From: an uncultured virus (IMG/VR IMGVR_UViG_3300044612_002649)
Taxonomy: Duplodnaviria > Heunggongvirae > Uroviricota > Caudoviricetes
Virus record (IMG/VR): IMGVR_UViG_3300044612_002649
Length of the DNA: 64,000 nucleotides
Strand: one strand, 5' to 3'
Shown one piece after another: positions 49,245-58,061 of the stretch. The notes beneath the pieces are model-generated. The model was given only the letters and a program-made list of their open reading frames with translations, was not told where the DNA came from and made no database searches. Numbering within the stretch: the stretch's first letter is position 1; each line of letters starts with the position of its first letter. Position numbers and translations under genes: made by a program.

Positions 49245-50152
49245 ATACCATACCTGTTTCTTTTTGGTGTGGCTATAACACTTTTTTTGTTAACATCCGG
49301 TAGTTCGACTGATGTATCAGTCCCTTGTTTTTTGGGAGAAACTCCCATATTACGAGCAGCTGCATCAATAATATTACGATCTTCGTCTGAATATCCAATC
49401 GTGACAAAATTACCACCAACAGGACCACCTTTATCAATAGAATCGTGTGGCGCACCAGCTAATGCAATGCCATACCGATAAGCGGCATATGGGCTGTTAT
49501 TATTATCTAACTGATCCCATGTTTCAATGCCAGGAACTGCCAATTCAGTACCTTTTCTCAATCTACCTTCTTTCATCATAATATTAACCATGTCTTGCAT
49601 AGCTTCTTCTAAATTGAATGCTGACAGATTTTTTTGAAGAGTACCGGGTCCTACATCCTGGGTTGAGTTTTGTTTATTTACTATTCCAACACCTGCACAT
49701 TCTTCCATACCATCTTCTTCACGTACACGTTTTCTTGTACGTGAAGAATATCCACGTCCACGTTTGTGTAATTGATTCCATGGATTATCTACTTGATTTC
49801 TACCAGCACGTTTCCCAACATTTTTCCTGGAAAACATTTTTAATTCTTCATCAGCTACCAAATCTGGCTCACCCGATTCTTTTTTTACTTTTTTACTTTT
49901 TTTTACTTTATTTGGTAGACCTTTGTGTTTTGTTTTTGCAAAATCTTTGACATCTTTCTTTTTCATTGATTTAGCAATTTTCGCAACTGTTGGACTAGCA
50001 GCTTTTTCGCCTTGTTGAGCCGCATGTACCATGCCCATTAATCTTTGTTGGGCTTTACTTTCTGCTTTTTCATCTAATCGTTCGCCATTATTTTTAAGAA
50101 TGTCATACAATCCTTCCAATAATGCTTTTGGATTTAAACTATTATCACTCAT
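49241..50152 (-). CDS. Putative head-internal modular protein containing a DUF3008-like module
   Basis: RLDE-KAESKAQQRLMG...SMKKKDVKDFAKTKHKGLP. Confidence 0.6.
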   Translation of the reverse strand: MSDNSLNPKALLEGLYDILKNNGERLDEKAESKAQQRLMGMVHAAQQGEKAASPTVAKIAKSMKKKDVKDFAKTKHKGLPNKVKKSKKVKKESGEPDLVADEELKMFSRKNVGKRAGRNQVDNPWNQLHKRGRGYSSRTRKRVREEDGMEECAGVGIVNKQNSTQDVGPGTLQKNLSAFNLEEAMQDMVNIMMKEGRLRKGTELAVPGIETWDQLDNNNSPYAAYRYGIALAGAPHDSIDKGGPVGGNFVTIGYSDEDRNIIDAAARNMGVSPKKQGTDTSVELPDVNKKSVIATPKRNRYGI

Positions 50153-50166
50153 TTTGTTATCCTTAA

Positions 50167-50697
50167 CTATTCGATAAATTCTCCTACAATATCGAAGAAT
50201 TTAAATACTCTATTATTTATTTCAATTTCAGTATCAGCTGATATTCCAGCTGCATCACTGAATAATTCTTTATCACCATTTTTCACTGCTTCTCTTAATG
50301 TTGAAGCAGAACTCAATCTAGGTGTAATATGTTGGGTAATATTAGCAAATTTAAAAAACCCATGCGAACTACTGATGCCATTGTACCTTGATAAAGAATT
50401 AATTATCCAATCTTCATCAGTGCATATTTTTAATTCTATATGTTCCCCAAATTCTTGATATATTTTAACTACTAAAGAAAATATATTATGGGATGGCACG
50501 ACATGCTGCACTACATCTGGGTATAAAGCGGACATTGCTTTTAATTTGATATCAAATGGGAGTGGATCTTTTGGACCGCGAGTACTAGCATTTGTACCAA
50601 CATAATAAGCATCACATTTAGCAGCAGTTTCCCAAACTTCTCGGTGCCCTTTATGAGGGGGATTAAACCTACCAAAACATACACCTACGGTAACCAT
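50167..50697 (-). CDS. HIGH-superfamily nucleotidyltransferase (cytidylyltransferase-like)
   Basis: FGRFNPPHKGH, DPLPF..K, SASTLR. Confidence 0.85.
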   Translation of the reverse strand: MVTVGVCFGRFNPPHKGHREVWETAAKCDAYYVGTNASTRGPKDPLPFDIKLKAMSALYPDVVQHVVPSHNIFSLVVKIYQEFGEHIELKICTDEDWIINSLSRYNGISSSHGFFKFANITQHITPRLSSASTLREAVKNGDKELFSDAAGISADTEIEINNRVFKFFDIVGEFIE

Positions 50698-51758
50698 CGG
50701 TGCCTCGGAACAAATTTTACATTCCCAAATTTTTTATCATCCGCATATCTAACCCATCCTTCGGAATTAGAAGTTTTTATATCACCTGAATTTTTTTCCA
50801 ATTGATCAATAATTGAATTTTTCAAATGCATTATGTATTTAACTGTTTTAAACATATTTTCTATTGCATCGGGGAATTCTTCAATACGTTTTATAATTTT
50901 TTGTTGTTGATTTTTACTTATATTGCTATTTTTCAGCCATATAGTAAAATCATCACCTAATGTATCTAGTTCTTTTTGTTTAGCTTTAAAATTAGTATAT
51001 CGATAGAAATAATCTTTATATGAACTGACTTTATCAATCGGTGATAATAACTCATCTAAATCATTTTTAGTAATGATTATATGATGTTCTAATTCAGATA
51101 CATCGATTTTAATAGAAGTAGACGCATAATATGGATTTATCACTATCAATTGATCATTGCCCAGAAATGAAAAATCTGTCATTGGTATCTGACTATCATC
51201 GGTTAACCCAAACTGTGGGAAATACGCATGTAGAACAACCATACATTCGGAATTTTGTATTTTAATCCCTAGATCTGAATTCTCATCAATATGATAACCA
51301 GTTTTGCCATTAGGATATAAATTAAAGAACCCGTTAGATGGAATAGGGCGTGTTTTATATAATGCATCGCCATACACAAACCCAACAAAATCTCTTGGGG
51401 TAGCTTTATCAAATATTTCATATAGACTTGCAAATTCCGATGCAAAGAAAATACGGTTCACCGATTCATCAACTGTTAAATTATTTTTACCAGAATGTTT
51501 TGTGATGAATTCAAATAATTCACTACCAGAAGTTGATTTAATACCACGTGACCATCCATTGTGCCCAGTAAAAATCAATGGGCCGTCTTCTGTTTCTCGA
51601 CCCCAGTAGATTTGAAGTCCACCATCCCATTTCATACGCATAGACGATGCATCATCATTAATTTCTTTTAAATGTTGAAGTGCTTCAAGCGCACCATCAG
51701 AACCATAAAAGAAAGTTAAATCTTCTAAATGGTTAAATGCCCTACCGTATTTTTTCAT
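50685..51758 (-). CDS. Ligase/covalent nucleotidyltransferase-like protein (DUF6267-like)
   Basis: HLED, motif I KWDG, YGD, EGWV and KFV. Confidence 0.6.
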   Translation of the reverse strand: MKKYGRAFNHLEDLTFFYGSDGALEALQHLKEINDDASSMRMKWDGGLQIYWGRETEDGPLIFTGHNGWSRGIKSTSGSELFEFITKHSGKNNLTVDESVNRIFFASEFASLYEIFDKATPRDFVGFVYGDALYKTRPIPSNGFFNLYPNGKTGYHIDENSDLGIKIQNSECMVVLHAYFPQFGLTDDSQIPMTDFSFLGNDQLIVINPYYASTSIKIDVSELEHHIIITKNDLDELLSPIDKVSSYKDYFYRYTNFKAKQKELDTLGDDFTIWLKNSNISKNQQQKIIKRIEEFPDAIENMFKTVKYIMHLKNSIIDQLEKNSGDIKTSNSEGWVRYADDKKFGNVKFVPRHRWLP

Positions 51759-52408
51759 TGAAAATAGTTATTTTTTATGTGTTGATATTTAATTGGGTCA
51801 TGTATGACTGCTACTAGCAGTCTTGAAGGTGATCGCATATCATGCACTGTGGCATGAGGGCCTATGATGATTTTGGCAATTTTATCTGGATCAATTTCAA
51901 TAATTTGATTTGTTTCACGATTGACTAATCCTTTATATGGACTAATCTTCAATGAAGTTGAAGTAAGGTTAGCTAAATCACACCAGATACTAACAACGTC
52001 TTTTCCTTTCATAGTTTCATTTTCATACACGTGATCATGTAGGTACATCATATTGTATGCATCATCAACTGTTGTTAAATCGACTTGGACTATTTCATCA
52101 TAAATTGGTATTCCGACAAATACTGATACCCCAGAACGGATTGATTCAAGTCCTTGGTTAATGAAATGTTCTTGTAATAATTTTCTGCTTTCAGAAATGT
52201 TTGGAACTGGGTATTGTGCTGGTAAAATTGATAGCAATTCTGCTGAATCAATGAAGAAATCAGCATCGCCGCTGATTTCTTTTTTTCCAATACTACCATA
52301 TGGATAAATGTTGAGCCCATATGGTAGTACGTTTTTTAGATTGGTGATTAAAGTTGAATAGTCTTCTTTTTTAATTGGTTTGGAATTTTTAATTGCGTTT
52401 CCGCTCAT
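51755..52408 (-). CDS. DNA polymerase beta-superfamily nucleotidyltransferase
   Basis: YGS.GKK..SGDAD..ID and VQVD third Asp. Confidence 0.7.
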   Translation of the reverse strand: MSGNAIKNSKPIKKEDYSTLITNLKNVLPYGLNIYPYGSIGKKEISGDADFFIDSAELLSILPAQYPVPNISESRKLLQEHFINQGLESIRSGVSVFVGIPIYDEIVQVDLTTVDDAYNMMYLHDHVYENETMKGKDVVSIWCDLANLTSTSLKISPYKGLVNRETNQIIEIDPDKIAKIIIGPHATVHDMRSPSRLLVAVIHDPIKYQHIKNNYFQ

Positions 52409-52779
52409 TTGTATTTGCCATCTTCAATATGTTTATGAACCTCCTCGTGGAATTTTTCACAAATTTCTTTCAATGTTTTATTATCTAAAGAATCTGGTAA
52501 TTCACGAATTGGGTATTCTTCTAAATACGAATTATAGCATTCCTTCACTGCATTTGCAAATGCAGACGGATTAATTTCCATGTTGTCTTTTTTTCCGTTA
52601 ACGCATTTTGCAATGACTGGATGTACATGTTTTCGATAGACATCATCGTCATTATTCATGTAAAAAATTAAATCATCGGCCAGATCAAAATCTAGTTCTT
52701 TCTCACCAGAATCATTTTTTGTTTTTACAAAATCTAAATCGTTAAAGTTTTTTCCTTCTAATAATTCTTTGATACGCAT
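52405..52779 (-). CDS. Hypothetical, putative head-targeted protein
   Basis: MRIKELLEG N-terminus; first gene after a late promoter. Confidence 0.65.
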   Translation of the reverse strand: MRIKELLEGKNFNDLDFVKTKNDSGEKELDFDLADDLIFYMNNDDDVYRKHVHPVIAKCVNGKKDNMEINPSAFANAVKECYNSYLEEYPIRELPDSLDNKTLKEICEKFHEEVHKHIEDGKYK

Positions 52780-52782
52780 AAT

Positions 52783-52825
52783 AAAGCCCAGTTAATAATA
52801 TGTATTTATCGATTAACTGGGCTTT
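52783..52825 (-). promoter_or_regulatory. 14-bp inverted repeat enclosing late promoter GATAAATA
   Basis: aaagcccagttaat-cgataaatacatatt-attaactgggcttt, 3 nt before ATG. Confidence 0.7.
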
Positions 52826-52831
52826 TAATTG

Positions 52832-55108
52832 TTAAACTACTATTTCTTCCACTGATAATAATTTAACATCTTCTTCAACAAACTCTACCTGTTTTTGTTT
52901 TTTAGGTAAAGCAGCCAGGTTGATTTTGTTATCTTTTAGTTTGATATCTAAAACACCACCATCTTTCAAGTCGCCAAACAACATCATTTTTGCAAGGTCG
53001 CGTTTGATTTCTTTATCAATCACTCGTTGCAATGGTCTAGCGCCCATTTTAGGATCAAACCCTTTATCAATAAGCCAATTAATTGCATCTTTACTGATTT
53101 TAATACGAACTGCTTTGTCTTTCACTTGTGCACGTAATTCGTCAATAAATTTATTGACAACTTTGGTCATTGTAGGTTTACCAAGTTTGTTGAAGGTAAT
53201 AATACCGTCTAATCTGTTACGGAACTCAGGAGTAAAGAATTTCTTCAAATCACCATCATTATATACTTTTTCTTGTGTTCCAAACCCGATAGCATTTTTT
53301 TCAGCAGCTTGTGCACCGGCATTAGTTGTCAAGATCAACACAACATTTCTGCAATCGGCTTTCTTACCATTAGACCCAGTAATAAATCCGTTATCCATAA
53401 TTTGCAACAATACAGTAGACACATCTGGATGTGATTTTTCAACTTCATCAAACAGTAATACTGCATTTGGGTTTTCTTGAATTTGAGTGATTAATAACCC
53501 AGCATTTTCTTCAAAACCAACATATCCTGGAGGAGAGCCAATCAATTTACTGATACTATGTTTCTCTTGATATTCCGACATATCAAACCGCAACAGTTTA
53601 GAGCCAAGATGTTTAGCCAATGCTTTCGCAGTTTCTGTTTTACCGCAACCAGTTGGACCCATGAATACAAACGAACCGATTGGTTTATTTTCAGGTTTTA
53701 ACCCTGCTTGAGCTACCATGATTTTGTCAACAACTTCGGTCAATGCTGCATCTTGTCCATACACTTCACTCTCTAATTTTTCTTGCAGTGACACAAGTGA
53801 TGAGCTTTCAGTTTCCATGATTTGCTCAACAGGCATATTAATCATTTTTGCCAGCTCAAATTGAATTTCTGGTAATGACACAACACGTTGATTAACATCA
53901 ACCAAATTAAAACGTGAACAAGCACAATCAATAAGATCAATTGCTTTGTCTGGGAGTTTTTTATCAGCTTGATATTTTACTGATAATTTAACTGCCGCTT
54001 GTAATGCATCGTCTTTGATTTTTACGCTATGATGTTTTTCATAGTATTTTTTGATACCTTTAAGAATTTTCAACGCCATTTCTTGTGATGGTTCATCCAC
54101 GGTAATGCGTTGGAACCGTCTCATTAGCGCACGATCTTTCTCAAAATGTTTGCGGTATTCATCCCAAGTAGTTGATGCAATAACTTTGATGTTACCTTTG
54201 CTCAATGCCGGTTTCATCATGTTTGCCAAATCGTTCGCGGAATTATTACCAGCACCAGCGCCACTGATCATGTGTGCTTCATCAATAAATAGAACAGTAT
54301 CACCCTTATGTTCAAGCGCTGCCAAAACTTGTTTAAACCGGTCTTCGAAATCACCACGATATTTTGATCCAGCTAACATGGCTGAAATATCGAGATTGTA
54401 TACTGTATACCCAGCTAAAAATTCTGGTGCATTACCGTTAACGATATTGTGTGCAAGACCTTCTGCAATAGCAGTTTTACCAACACCTGGGTCACCAACT
54501 AAAATTACATTATTTTTGCTACGTCTGCCGAGTGCTAGTGCAATGTTTTCAAGTTCGTCAGTACGACCAATAACTGGATCAATTTTGTTTTTTGTTACTT
54601 GATCGTTTAAATTTGTAGTGAATGCTTTTAATGCTTTGGTCGCTTTTGGATTTTCTTCTTGACTATCTTCAGTTGCACTACCGGTAACTGACACAAATTC
54701 AGCAAATTTTTCTTTTGAAATACCAACATTAGAAGCGTAATAAAACGCCCATCCTCTGGATTCATTTAAAATTATTAAAAATGCATCGATTAATTCAACA
54801 TCTTGGCGGTTATTAAATAAAACCTGTGTGAATGTTTTATTTAACACACGTTCAAATGCTGCAGTTTTTCTAGGAGAAACCTTGCCAGACACGGTAATAT
54901 CACTGCATTTGTTTGACAAATGATTGTATAAATCTGCTTTCAAAATATCAGCATTCGCACCGAATTCGTTAATGATATTAACGAATTCTTTATTCAGCAT
55001 CATGCTATACATTAAATGTTCTACTGTCACATATTCGTGATTAAGCTTAACTGCTGTATCAGCGGCCACTGTGATAGCTTCTTCTAATTCTCTGCTTGGG
55101 GTTACCAT
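52832..55108 (-). CDS. clpA: ATP-dependent Clp protease ATP-binding subunit ClpA
   Basis: Two AAA modules (GDPGVGKT, GPTGCGKT), IGF loop, no ClpB M-domain. Confidence 0.92.
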   Translation of the reverse strand: MVTPSRELEEAITVAADTAVKLNHEYVTVEHLMYSMMLNKEFVNIINEFGANADILKADLYNHLSNKCSDITVSGKVSPRKTAAFERVLNKTFTQVLFNNRQDVELIDAFLIILNESRGWAFYYASNVGISKEKFAEFVSVTGSATEDSQEENPKATKALKAFTTNLNDQVTKNKIDPVIGRTDELENIALALGRRSKNNVILVGDPGVGKTAIAEGLAHNIVNGNAPEFLAGYTVYNLDISAMLAGSKYRGDFEDRFKQVLAALEHKGDTVLFIDEAHMISGAGAGNNSANDLANMMKPALSKGNIKVIASTTWDEYRKHFEKDRALMRRFQRITVDEPSQEMALKILKGIKKYYEKHHSVKIKDDALQAAVKLSVKYQADKKLPDKAIDLIDCACSRFNLVDVNQRVVSLPEIQFELAKMINMPVEQIMETESSSLVSLQEKLESEVYGQDAALTEVVDKIMVAQAGLKPENKPIGSFVFMGPTGCGKTETAKALAKHLGSKLLRFDMSEYQEKHSISKLIGSPPGYVGFEENAGLLITQIQENPNAVLLFDEVEKSHPDVSTVLLQIMDNGFITGSNGKKADCRNVVLILTTNAGAQAAEKNAIGFGTQEKVYNDGDLKKFFTPEFRNRLDGIITFNKLGKPTMTKVVNKFIDELRAQVKDKAVRIKISKDAINWLIDKGFDPKMGARPLQRVIDKEIKRDLAKMMLFGDLKDGGVLDIKLKDNKINLAALPKKQKQVEFVEEDVKLLSVEEIVV

Positions 55109-55120
55109 ATATTAGGTTCC

Positions 55121-55975
55121 TTAAAGATTGTTGATTTCAATGTTAAGTTGAGTCAGTTTATTAATCAACTCAATGTTTTTTATACTTGGTGTTTTTATTT
55201 TAATAACCGAAACAAATCGGCCAGTACGTCCCGTATGAATATTCTTAAATCCTGCACCTTGTTTTGCATATTCAACCCCGGTTTCAACTCCTGCTCTTAT
55301 ATCTAGCATCATTGAATCACCAGTGATTGAATTTACAGTTTTTTTACATCCTATCATAGCTTCAATAGGATTAATTTCCACCGTTGTGAATATATCATCT
55401 CCACGTCTTTCAAAATTTTCAGCAGAGGATACATAAATGGTAACATGCAAATCACCACGTGTCAAGCCTTGGATAGTATCATCACCTAATCCTGGGTACT
55501 TGATAGTAACTCCATTTTCTACACCGGCTGGAATATCGATAACTACATTTTGTGGCTTCCCACTAGGTAATGTAAATTTTGCTTCTAGTTTCTTACCTAC
55601 AAACGAGTCAAGTAATGAAATATTACAATTAAGATTTAAATCCCTATTTCTACGTTGTTGACGTCGGCCAAACATGCCACTAAACGGGTCAAAACCAAAT
55701 TGAGAACCAAAAATATCTTCAAATGAGGTTTCATACGAATTTTCATAAAATGGCCGTGATGAGCTTGATGATCCACCAAATTTACGTTGCATGTCATAAT
55801 CATGTTTTTTTGTCTCGTCGCCTAACGTGTCGTAGGCAACTGATATTTCTTTAAATTTTGATTCATCACCACCTTTATCTGGATGATGTTTATTTGCAAG
55901 CTTCTTATATGCTTTTTTGATTTCTTCTGAGGAGGCGTCATCTGAAACGCCCAATATTTGATAGTAGTCAGTCAT
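55121..55975 (-). CDS. dnaJ: DnaJ-class (type II, CbpA-like) co-chaperone
   Basis: DYYQILGV...HPD, G/F region, C-terminal domain, no Zn finger. Confidence 0.9.
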   Translation of the reverse strand: MTDYYQILGVSDDASSEEIKKAYKKLANKHHPDKGGDESKFKEISVAYDTLGDETKKHDYDMQRKFGGSSSSSRPFYENSYETSFEDIFGSQFGFDPFSGMFGRRQQRRNRDLNLNCNISLLDSFVGKKLEAKFTLPSGKPQNVVIDIPAGVENGVTIKYPGLGDDTIQGLTRGDLHVTIYVSSAENFERRGDDIFTTVEINPIEAMIGCKKTVNSITGDSMMLDIRAGVETGVEYAKQGAGFKNIHTGRTGRFVSVIKIKTPSIKNIELINKLTQLNIEINNL

Positions 55976-55983
55976 AGTAAAAT

Positions 55984-56037
55984 CAGGTTAAGTGAAAAAT
56001 ATGTTGTTATTATACTATTTACCACTTAACCTGTCAA
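55984..56037 (-). promoter_or_regulatory. Consensus sigma70 promoter with overlapping 11-bp inverted repeat
   Basis: TTGACA(56037-56032)-N17-TATAAT(56014-56009); caggttaagtg/cacttaacctg. Confidence 0.8.
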
Positions 56038-56044
56038 GTTTTAC

Positions 56045-56236
56045 TTATTTTTTAGCATCTGGGACTTTAGTGCCTTCGTATTTTTTATGTTTTTTCTTTT
56101 CCGGTTTTTCAGTAGTTGATTCTGCAATTTTCTTTTCTTCAACTTTCTTTTCAACGGGTATGCACCAAATAGCGTCAGCTGCTAATGATGGAGTTACTAT
56201 TGAAAACGATAATAATAATGATAATGCTAATTTCAT
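56045..56236 (-). CDS. Small exported protein (signal peptide)
   Basis: MKLALSLLLSFSIVTPSLAA signal then charged tail. Confidence 0.65.
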   Translation of the reverse strand: MKLALSLLLSFSIVTPSLAADAIWCIPVEKKVEEKKIAESTTEKPEKKKHKKYEGTKVPDAKK

Positions 56237-56245
56237 ATTTCTTCC

Positions 56246-56725
56246 TTATAATATTGGATCTTCTGCAGGTGGCACCATTTTACCAAATTTACCATCTATA
56301 ACTGGTGCTGAAAAACTCGGCGTTGGGAATGACGAACTTGCTGGTTGGCTGAATTGTTGGATTGGTTGTTGCACTTGTTCTGTCGAACCTATCATTCCGC
56401 CTAGATTTGGCAATGATGGTATTGGCAGTGAGTCCACACCATTAATTTTTTCTTGTGTTCTTCCATGTGCAGTAATACCTAACACAACACCCATTGCGAT
56501 ATGATATAGACCACCGCCTTGTAAAGTCAATGGTTGCCACATATCCAAATGTTGTCCTGGATTGTAAAATTGCAACAGATTATATAAAATTGGACCAATA
56601 ACGAAATCAAACAAGCACGTTAGCATGTACGTCATTGCCATCATTGGTCGCCAATTTTTACTCATAAAATCTTCACCTGATTGTTCAGCAGCAGTCATAT
56701 TGTTATATTGTTTTTTTGACATCAT
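56246..56725 (-). CDS. Putative holin (3TM GTA-holin-like)
   Basis: WRPMM.. TM segments, LG...GRT.EK; lysis context. Confidence 0.6.
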   Translation of the reverse strand: MMSKKQYNNMTAAEQSGEDFMSKNWRPMMAMTYMLTCLFDFVIGPILYNLLQFYNPGQHLDMWQPLTLQGGGLYHIAMGVVLGITAHGRTQEKINGVDSLPIPSLPNLGGMIGSTEQVQQPIQQFSQPASSSFPTPSFSAPVIDGKFGKMVPPAEDPIL

Positions 56726-56731
56726 TACTCC

Positions 56732-57004
56732 TTAAATTTTGTCATATATTGTTTTTTGTGTTTTGTACCATTCCTGCCAATTATTCAACTTTTCACGAAT
56801 TTCATAATAAGTTCCATAATTTTCATTAACATTTTCCAATAAATCACTTAAATCATGTTTATCAACGGCCAATGGTGTTAATAATGGAGCAGGTTCTAAT
56901 AAAATATTTGGCACTTCTGGAAATTTAACCGTGACAGGGACAGCTGTGGAACATCCAGTTATTCCTAACAGTAAGATAATCGAATATCTATTCATTAGAC
57001 CCAC
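56732..57004 (-). CDS. o-spanin (Rz1-like lipoprotein)
   Basis: Lipobox LLGITG-C, Pro-rich, overlaps i-spanin. Confidence 0.75.
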   Translation of the reverse strand: MGLMNRYSIILLLGITGCSTAVPVTVKFPEVPNILLEPAPLLTPLAVDKHDLSDLLENVNENYGTYYEIREKLNNWQEWYKTQKTIYDKI

Positions 57005-57434
57005 CTTTTACAGCATTGTTATAAACATCAATTGCAACAGATGGTATCTTGCAGTCAGCGTTTATAATTTCTTTTTCTTTTTGAATTTTTATTTGATTAA
57101 CAAACACTTTTTCTTTTACTATTTTAACTTTTTCAACTATTTTTTCTTGAATTACGATGTTTGCTTCACGTGATTTTATTTCAGCTATTGCAACTTTATC
57201 TTCAACTTCTTTTACACGAGTTCTCCATACTAGTTCAGTCGAATAACTACCTTCCAAGTAGATTCCAGAAAATAATAGCATAGTAGATATTACTTTAATT
57301 GGTATACGGTATTGAACTATACCAGGAATATAATTTAAGAAAAATCCTAACACTGTACCAGCAATTCCAAATATTAAAATGAGATGAACTATCATTTCTA
57401 AAAAACTATCTGGTAGAAAGTGTAGGATAATCAT
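56988..57434 (-). CDS. i-spanin (Rz-like)
   Basis: N-terminal TM helices, coiled coil, C-terminal Cys. Confidence 0.7.
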   Translation of the reverse strand: MIILHFLPDSFLEMIVHLILIFGIAGTVLGFFLNYIPGIVQYRIPIKVISTMLLFSGIYLEGSYSTELVWRTRVKEVEDKVAIAEIKSREANIVIQEKIVEKVKIVKEKVFVNQIKIQKEKEIINADCKIPSVAIDVYNNAVKGGSNE

Positions 57435-58061
57435 TTAACCCTTCAGTACTGACAATGCATGATTGTAATGTTTAACTCTATCGTTAAGTCCAATTGTACC
57501 ACCATTTATGCGTTTGGTCAGTGTTAACATATCACTTTTATCAGCCCATATATTCAAATTATTTGTTTCCCAGTACCAACATGCTGATTGAATCGCCCCT
57601 TCAAATGTGGACAAATATTCTGGAATTTCTTCAACTGGAGTTTCTATCGATTCAGCAAACTTAACATAGTTGTTTTTTCCAGTTAATTGAATTAATCCTC
57701 TTCCACAATATCTGAACCCATCGCCACTTGATTCTGGTCCATTGCCCATTCGACCGCCATACACTTTATTTGCAATGGCTTCCTGGTTATGTGCATATCG
57801 TGCAGCAATCGCATCGGTTGGGAAATATTTAGGAAATACTTTTCTGAGAGTAACCGCTCGATAGTTTAAATTCTCTTTAAGGAATTTGTAATTACCACTT
57901 TCATGTGCAGTTTGCGCCATAAATGCAGCTACTCTTGGTAAAGTATTGATATCATAATCTGGTAATATCATATTAAGTGCATCAAACCAATAATCAATGT
58001 ATGGATTACCAGGTAATATTTTAGCTAATTTTTCCTTTGTAAACTCAAATTCAAATGACAT
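57435..58061 (-). CDS. GH19 endolysin
   Basis: FMAQTAHES, ENLNY, GRGLIQLTGKNNY, INGG..GL.DR. Confidence 0.92.
   Translation of the reverse strand: MSFEFEFTKEKLAKILPGNPYIDYWFDALNMILPDYDINTLPRVAAFMAQTAHESGNYKFLKENLNYRAVTLRKVFPKYFPTDAIAARYAHNQEAIANKVYGGRMGNGPESSGDGFRYCGRGLIQLTGKNNYVKFAESIETPVEEIPEYLSTFEGAIQSACWYWETNNLNIWADKSDMLTLTKRINGGTIGLNDRVKHYNHALSVLKG

Noticed and set aside
50167..52408. Known NAD reconstitution pathways (NARP1/2) or a CBASS cyclase
   Set aside because: No PRPP-synthetase-like or Nampt-like gene here, and the NTase is short with no effector. Kept as an uncharacterised operon.
55984..56033. CIRCE (HrcA) operator upstream of dnaJ
   Set aside because: Arms and 28-nt spacing do not match TTAGCACTC-N9-GAGTGCTAA.
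52920..56504. Long antisense ORFs (52920-53480, 54051-54602, 55992-56504) and similar shadow ORFs elsewhere
   Set aside because: They lie opposite well-supported genes, lack SD sequences or motifs, and are explained by codon bias.
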